From a virus (lineage: Duplodnaviria > Caudoviricetes), in IMG/VR virus record IMGVR_UViG_3300031784_000176, positions 1 through 26,408 of that record: 26,408 nucleotides of DNA; one strand, given 5' to 3'. A program made the position numbers and the translations under genes. Below are positions 1 to 5,806 of this stretch, piece by piece. How positions within the stretch are numbered: the first letter of the stretch is position 1; every line of letters begins with the position of its first letter. Under the pieces are notes generated by a model that saw only the letters and a list, made by a program, of their open reading frames with translations, was not told the DNA's origin and ran no database searches.

Positions 1-98
1 GCTCGCAGGGCGGCGGCAATGTGCAACTGCACGATTCGAGACCCAGCACAGTTGCTGGCAGTAATCACCGCCTGCGCGGCGGAGGAAAGTTCAGACAT
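1..98 (-). CDS. Small hypothetical phage protein, 5' part only (runs off window)
   Basis: ATG at 98 opens MSELSSAAQAVITASNCAGSRIVQLHIAAALRA... with no stop before base 1; same strand as all neighbours. Translated by hand. Confidence 0.6.
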   Translation of the reverse strand, partial: MSELSSAAQAVITASNCAGSRIVQLHIAAALR

Positions 99-191
99 GG
101 AAATTGAGACGGGTCGTAAGCGGGCAAGTATTAGCTGATTCCTGTTTTCAGGTAATACATGCTGATACCTGCCGTGTGCTACAGTGCTGGG

Positions 192-268
192 GCTGATCAG
201 AAAGCAGCAAAGCGACTGGGGTGAGATCCAGTTGCAAGAGCGGCGGGGGTGACATCCTGCCGCTTTTT
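192..268 (+). ncRNA. Candidate small RNA (three hairpins, the last an intrinsic terminator), antisense to the early arm
   Basis: Extended -10-like TGcTACAGT at 177-185; hairpins at 192-208, 212-235 and 240-263 followed by T5 (264-268); G-U wobbles favour the + strand; lies in an intergenic gap. Confidence 0.45.
239..268 (+). terminator. Rho-independent terminator
   Basis: AGCGGCGGGG-GTGACA-TCCTGCCGCT stem-loop running into a TTTTT tract. Confidence 0.65.
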
Positions 269-275
269 AATGCTT

Positions 276-644
276 TTAACACTGAGAAGGAAATACGACA
301 ATGCTGTCGGGCAGTGCCTCCAATGCGCGGCGGATGGTGTCCCAGTCCTTGGGTGACGGCCGCCAGCCGTCTTCGTGCTGCTCAACGAGCGCTAGCGCCT
401 GCTCCTTCAAGCTCGGCGGCTTGGGGCGGCGGTCGGCGCGAAGGGCGTCAATGGCAGGTTCCAGAATGTCCTTGCTGCGCAGCCACTCACAACACGCCTC
501 CAGCTCCTGATCTGCGCCCCATTGGACGGCTTGGGTGGCGATGTTTTGACACAAAGCAGAAAGATCTTCGTAGCTAGTTCCGTTAGTAGTCGCCCACTCA
601 CGCACCAACTCAGGCGGTGGATTGATCGGGTGTTCTTGAGTCAT
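276..644 (-). CDS. Hypothetical phage protein
   Basis: 122 aa ORF (MTQEHPINPPPELVREW...WGADQELEACCEWL...RPKPPSLKEQAL), protein-like composition, co-directional with the operon. Confidence 0.75.
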   Translation of the reverse strand: MTQEHPINPPPELVREWATTNGTSYEDLSALCQNIATQAVQWGADQELEACCEWLRSKDILEPAIDALRADRRPKPPSLKEQALALVEQHEDGWRPSPKDWDTIRRALEALPDSIVVFPSQC

Positions 645-668
645 TGTTGAATCTCGTAGTGTGTAGAA

Positions 669-854
669 CTAATCCAGCCAGCTCCATGCAATGCGTTGGC
701 AGATGCGCCATGCGTGTTTCTTGTCGATGCCGTAGCGTTCTGCTAGTTGTCTGTAGCTGTTACCAGCAATACGCAACTGGCGCAGTTCGCGCACGTGATC
801 TTCTGTAAGAAACGCGGCGTAGTTTGCCTCGCCGCGCTTGAACGGATCACTCAT
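669..854 (-). CDS. Small helix-turn-helix DNA-binding protein
   Basis: LTEDHVRELRQL...SYRQLAERYGIDKKHAWRI is an HTH pattern; overlaps the stop of the upstream gene. Confidence 0.75.
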   Translation of the reverse strand: MSDPFKRGEANYAAFLTEDHVRELRQLRIAGNSYRQLAERYGIDKKHAWRICQRIAWSWLD

Positions 855-1065
855 CTACATGCAACAGCAACCTGCGCATGTACCAATCAGCTTTGCCGTA
901 ATCCTGATCGGTATTACCCTTGTGCTCGGCACGCCATAGGTATTTGATGACGTTGCCTTTGCAGTAAGCGCGAAAGCCATCATCACCAAGTGCTGCTTTA
1001 ATGGCTTGGATGCACTCAATGTCGCCGTGCTTGTAATGCGGCGGATGATTGACAAGATCACTCAT
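847..1065 (-). CDS. DUF3310 (SaV-like) family phage protein
   Basis: Signature VNHPPHY...IECI.AI...YCKGNVIKYLWRA.HKG...D..KA.WY. Confidence 0.85.
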   Translation of the reverse strand: MSDLVNHPPHYKHGDIECIQAIKAALGDDGFRAYCKGNVIKYLWRAEHKGNTDQDYGKADWYMRRLLLHVDE

Positions 1066-1213
1066 CACCTAAAGCCTCTGCCATGTCGCGGCGGATCAGA
1101 TCAGCAATGCGCTGTTGATACAGCCCGGTGTAGGTGCAGCAGGTTCGGCCGCTTTGCTCGTACAACCACTGCAGGTAATCATCACGGCGCTGCTCAGTTT
1201 TGTGGTTGATCAT
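1058..1213 (-). CDS. Small hypothetical protein (51 aa; not in ORF track)
   Basis: Hand translation MINHKTEQRRDDYLQWLYEQSGRTCCTYTGLYQQRIADLIRRDMAEALGDE; short overlaps with both neighbours fill the gap. Confidence 0.65.
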   Translation of the reverse strand: MINHKTEQRRDDYLQWLYEQSGRTCCTYTGLYQQRIADLIRRDMAEALGDE

Positions 1214-1349
1214 CTTGCGTCAGCTCCAGGAGTTCAAGAATATGCGCGGCAAATGCCACGTGTGTCATCACTGCATGGGTGCCGGGAGGGCGCCCGTAAG
1301 ACGCCTCCCACCACTCCTTGAATGCAATGTCAAGTGTGGTTTGATTCAT
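1194..1349 (-). CDS. Small hypothetical protein (51 aa; not in ORF track)
   Basis: Hand translation MNQTTLDIAFKEWWEASYGRPPGTHAVMTHVAFAAHILELLELTQDDQPQN; TGATG coupling with the ssb stop. Confidence 0.65.
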   Translation of the reverse strand: MNQTTLDIAFKEWWEASYGRPPGTHAVMTHVAFAAHILELLELTQDDQPQN

Positions 1350-1699
1350 CAGAACACAGGCTCCTCGCTGGTGGTTGCTGCGCCGCGTGGCATGAATTCA
1401 AAGCGCTGGATGCTGAGCACATGCTTGCTGCGCTTAGCGCCGGTTTCCTTGTCGTTCCACTCTTGCCGGCGTACGGCACCGGTTACAAGGATGCTGTCGC
1501 CTTTTTTGAGCTTATCAACGATCAGCTCAGCGGACTTACCCCAGACCTCGCAGTCGATTGCGTTATTAATCCAGTTGCCATCTTTGTCTTTGCCTTCCTG
1601 GATGCCACCTGCGAAGTTGGCAACCATGGTGCCAGATTCAAAGGCACGTAGTTGCGGGTCGGTGATGATGCGAACAATGCCGGTTGCGTAAAGGCTCAT
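1349..1699 (-). CDS. ssb: Single-stranded DNA-binding protein
   Basis: OB-fold SSB motifs (DPQLR, IDCEVWGKSAE, LKKGDSILVTG, EWNDKETG.KRS) and an acidic tail ending EEPVF. Confidence 0.93.
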   Translation of the reverse strand: MSLYATGIVRIITDPQLRAFESGTMVANFAGGIQEGKDKDGNWINNAIDCEVWGKSAELIVDKLKKGDSILVTGAVRRQEWNDKETGAKRSKHVLSIQRFEFMPRGAATTSEEPVF

Positions 1700-1700
1700 G

Positions 1701-1910
1701 TCAGTTCAGTGGTGTGATGCCATTGGCTTCTTCAAAAGCCAAGACTTGTGCGAGGGAATAGCGGACACGTGGCGTGCCAGCCGGTAGGCCAATGCGTGGT
1801 GCAGTGACGTAAGCAGGGCCAATGCCACGTGCACGTTGGTTCTTGATGGCGGCTGGCTTCAGGCCCCAACGTGCTGCCAGCTCATCAGTGGTGAGGAATG
1901 GTTCAGTCAT
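1701..1910 (-). CDS. Excisionase/AlpA-like winged HTH protein
   Basis: FLTTDELAARWGLKPAAIKNQRARGIGPAY...VRYSLAQVLAFE matches the HTH_17/AlpA pattern; ATG at 1910 overlaps the bet 3' end. Confidence 0.8.
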   Translation of the reverse strand: MTEPFLTTDELAARWGLKPAAIKNQRARGIGPAYVTAPRIGLPAGTPRVRYSLAQVLAFEEANGITPLN

Positions 1911-2658
1911 CAGCAAAGGGATCCTCCGATGGCGTGTCGGATAGCACCGCTTCGCGCTCTACAGCAAGGCGCAGCAACTCATCGTTTTGCTCATCGCTGA
2001 GATCAGGCTTGCGCTTATCCATGCGCGCTACCACCTCTTGCAGCTTGTCCAGCGTGTCGGCCTTGGCAATAGCAGCCTTACCGGCTTGGAACAACTTGGC
2101 ATCGCCTGCGGGGATCGCGGGTGCAGCGGTAACGGTCACCGGCTCCACCTCTGCCTGCTGCATCTCATCGGTGCTGTAGACACCAGACATGTCAGCAGGA
2201 AACGCCTTGCGCAGTGCCAATGCCTCAGAGCATTTGGCGATCATTGCGGCGCCCATCTTGGACCACAAGCCTTGGCCGGCGTTGTAGTCAGCAAAGCGTG
2301 CCACACCAGTAAATGGATGGTTGGCACCCTTGCGCCAGATAGTGGTCTTGGCCGCGGCAGGTGGCTTGCTGCCTAGCCATACATCAGTCCACTGGCCGTC
2401 TTCACCGCACCATTCGGTGATGCTGCCGTCAAGCTGACCGGTGCGCTCGGCAATGGCACGCAAGCCGTCGATGCCGGCTTGGATGGTCATCTTTCCGCCA
2501 CGCTTGATGGCGTAGATCTGCTTGCTGAACGGATCCAGTCCAGTGCGCTGGCAGGCGTAGGCAAACAGTCGCAACTCGTCATTGCTGCAGCCAGGCGCAA
2601 TGGTGGTTGAGATCAGCTGCGTTTGCTCTGGTGTCCAGAGCGTGATTGATGCGCTCAT
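1903..2658 (-). CDS. bet: Phage recombination protein Bet (RecT/Red-beta family annealase)
   Basis: ELRLF...C.RTGLDPFSKQIYAIKR, GIDGLRAIAERTG.LDG, W.KM..AMIAKCSEALALRKAFP...SGVYS.DEM. Confidence 0.92.
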   Translation of the reverse strand: MSASITLWTPEQTQLISTTIAPGCSNDELRLFAYACQRTGLDPFSKQIYAIKRGGKMTIQAGIDGLRAIAERTGQLDGSITEWCGEDGQWTDVWLGSKPPAAAKTTIWRKGANHPFTGVARFADYNAGQGLWSKMGAAMIAKCSEALALRKAFPADMSGVYSTDEMQQAEVEPVTVTAAPAIPAGDAKLFQAGKAAIAKADTLDKLQEVVARMDKRKPDLSDEQNDELLRLAVEREAVLSDTPSEDPFADD

Positions 2659-2951
2659 TGTGCTTCAGTTAATGCTTTTGCGTCTTGAAATAAAGTGATC
2701 GCTTTAGCCAAAAAGATTCTGGTTTCTCGGCTGAGCTTTGGAAAATCAGCCGCAACTTTGCTAAGCATTGCAGTGCTCCAGTTGTCCAGATTGATGCGAT
2801 CCTTCAGTGAATGGCATTCTCGGCAACAATCGACAGTATCAATGCCGCCGTGCCGCATCGGAACAGGGAAATGATCGCCAGGGGCGGAGCGGGAAACGCT
2901 GTAGACGCAATCGCAATACACGCAAGTGCGGTGCACGCGATGGTTGCTCAT
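2655..2951 (-). CDS. Small HNH endonuclease-like protein (98 aa)
   Basis: CVYC...DHFPVP...GG..TVDCCRECHSLK fits a zinc-binding HNH; start at 2951 by TAATG coupling to the exonuclease stop; 3' part is more AT-rich than neighbours. Confidence 0.7.
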   Translation of the reverse strand: MSNHRVHRTCVYCDCVYSVSRSAPGDHFPVPMRHGGIDTVDCCRECHSLKDRINLDNWSTAMLSKVAADFPKLSRETRIFLAKAITLFQDAKALTEAQ

Positions 2952-3739
2952 TAGAAATCCTCCGAAGTAATAGCAGACTCGTTGCGTAGTGCCCATGAAG
3001 GCAGGCTGAGCGGCTGGCATGTGTCGCCGTAGCCCGGCCACTCCTTGGTGGCTTGGCAGTCGGCAATCACGCGCATGTCACGTTGCCGTAGCTCATCACC
3101 GGCAGCCATGGCCGCGGCATCAAGCTCGTAGACAGCAACCGCGTACGGAGCAGTCTTTTCAACGGCAATGAACACAAACCGCTCAGCACCGTGCAAGCCG
3201 GCTAGGTAGTGGCTCGCTTGCACATGGTAGCGGAAGGTAGCCACGCTACGAGCAAAGCCGGGGCCGGCATCCGTGGTGGTCTTGAGGTCAACCACCGTGG
3301 CACCGTCGTACCAGTCAGGGCGGCACTTGCAGCGCAGCCCAGTGGCGGCGTCATCCCACCAGAAGGACTGCTCAGCCTTGCCATGAGCGAGCAGTGCTGC
3401 TGCTGCAGGGTGCACGCGGACGCTGGCAGCCATGCTGAGCGCTAGCGCCATATCGGACTGAGTGATGGCTTCAATGCCAGCAGCGGCCATGCGCTCTGCT
3501 TGCTCCTTGCCGGCCTTGGTATTGCGTGGAGCGCAGACGCCATAGCGGCCTGCCAGCTCCTCCGGCTCTAGCACTGCGCAATGCACCAGCGAGCCAAGCC
3601 GCATGGCGGCAGTCGGCTCGGGTGCGCTGCGCTTGGGGTCGAGGTAGCGGCTCCAGTAGTGGTAGGGCGACTTGGCCACTGCGTGCAGGTGCGAAGCGCT
3701 GACGGCTGGGTCGGCGTGGTAGTCGGCATTGCTGGTCAC
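2951..3739 (-). CDS. RecE/exonuclease VIII-like PD-(D/E)XK exonuclease (DUF3799)
   Basis: YHADPAVSAS.L, GSLVHCAVLEP, CKCRPDW...VVDLKTT, YHVQA.HY, FVFIAVEK.APY; sits next to bet. Confidence 0.9.
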   Translation of the reverse strand: MTSNADYHADPAVSASHLHAVAKSPYHYWSRYLDPKRSAPEPTAAMRLGSLVHCAVLEPEELAGRYGVCAPRNTKAGKEQAERMAAAGIEAITQSDMALALSMAASVRVHPAAAALLAHGKAEQSFWWDDAATGLRCKCRPDWYDGATVVDLKTTTDAGPGFARSVATFRYHVQASHYLAGLHGAERFVFIAVEKTAPYAVAVYELDAAAMAAGDELRQRDMRVIADCQATKEWPGYGDTCQPLSLPSWALRNESAITSEDF

Positions 3740-3936
3740 GCTGCTGCTCCACTACGCATCTGGCGGTGCATCCGGCTGGCGGTGCCGTAGGTGGCGACCA
3801 GCTCAGGGAACGCATCCAGCAGGCGGCGCTTGTTGCCGGGGTCAGCCTTGAGGCCAGCGTGCGCTAGCGATTGGAAGAAACCACCGCCGTGCTGGTAGGC
3901 GGTGGCAAATGTCCAGTAAATGTCTGCTTCAGTCAT
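3736..3936 (-). CDS. Hypothetical phage protein
   Basis: MTEADIYWTF...GGGFFQSLAHAGLKADPGNKRRLLDAFPEL; ATGA coupling at 3933-3936 and GTGA coupling at 3736-3739. Confidence 0.75.
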   Translation of the reverse strand: MTEADIYWTFATAYQHGGGFFQSLAHAGLKADPGNKRRLLDAFPELVATYGTASRMHRQMRSGAAA

Positions 3937-4058
3937 GGCTTGAGTTGCTCTTGGCAAGCGTGATGGCTGTAGGCGGGCTGCTGGCGGCCGGTGTCATAGG
4001 CCATTGCCCAGACACCGAAGATGATTGCCAGCACGGCAAAGCGGTTGAGGTTATTCAT
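3933..4058 (-). CDS. Small putative membrane protein (41 aa; not in ORF track)
   Basis: Hand translation MNNLNRFAVLAIIFGVWAMAYDTGRQQPAYSHHACQEQLKP; ATGA overlaps at both ends; one hydrophobic segment. Confidence 0.65.
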   Translation of the reverse strand: MNNLNRFAVLAIIFGVWAMAYDTGRQQPAYSHHACQEQLKP

Positions 4059-4249
4059 GCCATCAGCGCCTTACGGACGCGATAGGTGGACAGGTTGAGG
4101 CGGTCGGCAATGCGCTTCTGGCTCAGGCCAGTGCGGCGCAGTACGCGGATGCGGCGGTCGTCAGAGGCGGTAAGCCAGTCGATCACGGCGACTACTACCA
4201 GCAGTGGTAGCAGCAGTTTCCAGATAACTAGCAGTGCGGTTGTGAGCAT
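4055..4249 (-). CDS. Membrane-anchored HTH protein
   Basis: Hydrophobic N-terminus (LLVIWKLLLPLLVVVAVIDW) followed by HTH (GLSQKRIADRLNLSTYRVRKAL). Confidence 0.7.
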   Translation of the reverse strand: MLTTALLVIWKLLLPLLVVVAVIDWLTASDDRRIRVLRRTGLSQKRIADRLNLSTYRVRKALMA

Positions 4250-4272
4250 GGTTGGGGTCGCAGTGTGTGGTT

Positions 4273-4302
4273 GCCGGATTGGGAGCGGCTCCGGCGGGCC
4301 GC
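4273..4302 (-). promoter_or_regulatory. Putative H-type RNA pseudoknot in intergenic leader
   Basis: Minus strand GCGGC-CC-GCCGGA-GCCGC-UCCCAA-UCCGGC: S1 GCGGC/GCCGC and S2 GCCGGA/UCCGGC are interleaved. Confidence 0.45.
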
Positions 4303-4310
4303 GTGATTTT

Positions 4311-4658
4311 TCAGTCCACCAGCTCAGTCAGAACGCCGAGGCGTTTGGCATTGCGCCAGATCTGGCGGGCTTCATCTGCGTCAGTGATGACACGAAAGAA
4401 GCTGTCACGGCCCCACTCCTTGTATTGACCCGCAATCTTCCAAGTGCGGCGACGGATCTCGGCTCCGCTGAAGGTGCCGTTGTTGACATAAACCGTCAGC
4501 ACTAGATCTGAGTTGTCGCCAACAAAAGCGTTGATGTCACGGAGTTGACCAGTGGCGCCGCAGGCAAAGCAGTCGCCGTTTTGAATGTGGGAGAAGTGAG
4601 GCAGCTTGCCTGATCCGCCACAGAAGGGGCAGGTGCAGGTTGCGGTTGCGGCGTTCAT
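4311..4658 (-). CDS. Hypothetical protein with DnaJ-type CxxCxGxG zinc finger
   Basis: CPFCGGSG...CFACGATG; start placed at ATG 4658 because the longer ORF runs through the promoter. Confidence 0.75.
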   Translation of the reverse strand: MNAATATCTCPFCGGSGKLPHFSHIQNGDCFACGATGQLRDINAFVGDNSDLVLTVYVNNGTFSGAEIRRRTWKIAGQYKEWGRDSFFRVITDADEARQIWRNAKRLGVLTELVD

Positions 4659-4702
4659 GTTTCTCGGGGTGGGGTGCAGGACTGGTTGCCTGCTGTCCCC
4701 AT

Positions 4703-4733
4703 ATCCTACACCATGTGCCGCCGTGGTCAACCC
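4703..4733 (-). promoter_or_regulatory. Sigma70-type early promoter, repeat copy A
   Basis: GGG-TTGACC-16 nt-TAGGAT; closely matches 5429-5459. Confidence 0.65.
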
Positions 4734-4736
4734 TGC

Positions 4737-5051
4737 CTAGTAACGAATCGACACAGTTGCTGTGCCATCTAGCGGCACGCCTAGGCGGTAGGCGGCGCCA
4801 GCGCTGAGATCCAGCGACCCGCAGTCGCAGCGGTCAGTGACTGGCACGGTGAGCAGGCGCCCGCGGTGCTGCACCGTGACGCGCGTGCCGCATGGCAGCC
4901 ATGGATGGGCGGCTGACACGTCCCAGTGGCGGTAGGTACCGCCGCAGTACGTGGTGCGCCCGTGGTACCAGCCGTCGTAGACGGTGGCAGTCACCTGCCG
5001 GGCTTGAGCAGGCGACAGCAGCAGGATTGCTGCAGTGATCAGTGCACGCAT
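4737..5051 (-). CDS. RlpA-like double-psi beta-barrel protein with signal peptide (lytic transglycosylase-like)
   Basis: MRALITAAILLLSPAQA signal; ATVY..WYHGRTTYCG, SAAHPWLPCGTRVTV, VPVTDRC, LDLSAGAA.RLG. Confidence 0.85.
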   Translation of the reverse strand: MRALITAAILLLSPAQARQVTATVYDGWYHGRTTYCGGTYRHWDVSAAHPWLPCGTRVTVQHRGRLLTVPVTDRCDCGSLDLSAGAAYRLGVPLDGTATVSIRY

Positions 5052-5079
5052 GATGCTTGAGGTGATTGGGTGGAGTGAT

Positions 5080-5157
5080 AGCGGCCTCCGATACGGTTGC
5101 AGCTGCAGCACCGCGACTGCAGCACCGCGCGCGTCCTTACGGATAGCGCCGACCGCT
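5080..5157 (-). ncRNA. Candidate cis-acting three-way-junction RNA upstream of the RlpA-like gene
   Basis: P1 AGCGGUC/GGCCGCU; P2 GCGC..UCC-GUAA-GGA.GCGC; P3 GCGGU-GCUGCAG/CUGCAGC..ACCGU; wobbles and the GNRA loop work only on the minus strand. Confidence 0.4.
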
Positions 5158-5164
5158 GGGCAAT

Positions 5165-5185
5165 AAAAAAGGCCCCGTAGGGCCT
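5165..5185 (-). terminator. Rho-independent terminator
   Basis: Minus strand AGGCCC-TACG-GGGCC-TTTTTT just after the 5191 stop. Confidence 0.8.
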
Positions 5186-5190
5186 AACGC

Positions 5191-5385
5191 TCAGTCTTCG
5201 AGATCGCTTTCCAGATCCATGCAGGCAGAGATGAGGGCGTCGAGCAGCTCGTTGTCGCAGAGCTTGTCCCACTGGGCATCAGTGGCGCCTTCACGCAGTG
5301 CCTGCAGGGCAGCCACAACTGATTCGGCGGAGCCGATCACTGTGGCCATTTGGCCAAGCGCCTCGATGGCGGTGCTGGTATTCAT
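5191..5385 (-). CDS. Small acidic helical hypothetical protein (64 aa)
   Basis: MNTSTAIEALGQM...CMDLESDLED; bracketed by its own promoter and terminator. Confidence 0.7.
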   Translation of the reverse strand: MNTSTAIEALGQMATVIGSAESVVAALQALREGATDAQWDKLCDNELLDALISACMDLESDLED

Positions 5386-5428
5386 GTTTCTAGGTGCGGT
5401 GGATGCCGGGATCGCTCCCGACTCCTTC

Positions 5429-5459
5429 AGTATAGGCCATGCACCGCCCTGGTCAACCC
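5429..5459 (-). promoter_or_regulatory. Sigma70-type early promoter, repeat copy B
   Basis: GGG-TTGACC-16 nt-TATACT; the -35 overlaps the VRR-NUC stop codon. Confidence 0.7.
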
Positions 5460-5806
5460 TGTGCAACATCTCTTAACAATGCCTCCGCATCGCTGACTGA
5501 GCGCGCCACGCCGGCAATGCCGCCAGCCGCCTGGACCGCATCTAGCCACTGCTGCTGCTCAGGGCGCAGCCTGCCGGTTGCGGTCTTGACCTCTATAGAG
5601 GTAAACACCGCCACTTGTGTGCCGACCATCTCCGGCGTGATGGTGACGCGCTTCCAGCCGATCAGGTCAGCGCTGCCCTTGCACAGGCCAAACTGAACTG
5701 GGCGGCCATTGGCGTCCTTGAGCGTGCCGGTGTTATTGCGGAACAGCCGCGTGCTGCCGGTGCCGCAGGCGATGCGGATGTGTTGCTGGATTTGCTGCTC
5801 GGTCAC
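5453..5806 (-). CDS. VRR-NUC domain endonuclease
   Basis: E..IQ..I, RLFRNNTG, GSADLIG, IEVKTATGRLRPEQQQWL..V..AGG.AGVARS. Confidence 0.88.
   Translation of the reverse strand: MTEQQIQQHIRIACGTGSTRLFRNNTGTLKDANGRPVQFGLCKGSADLIGWKRVTITPEMVGTQVAVFTSIEVKTATGRLRPEQQQWLDAVQAAGGIAGVARSVSDAEALLRDVAQG

Noticed and set aside
1701-1910. Excisionase-like gene as proof of a prophage
   Set aside because: No integrase, att site or host genes in the window; such HTH genes are common in phage recombination operons.
4249-4313. Stop-codon readthrough fusing the zinc-finger ORF to the membrane-HTH ORF
   Set aside because: The ORFs are out of frame (61 nt apart) and no canonical slippery heptamer is present.
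5103-5129. 13-bp direct repeat CTGCAGCACCGCG x2 as a target-site duplication
   Set aside because: No element lies between the copies; it is explained as the arms of stem P3 because CTGCAG is self-complementary.
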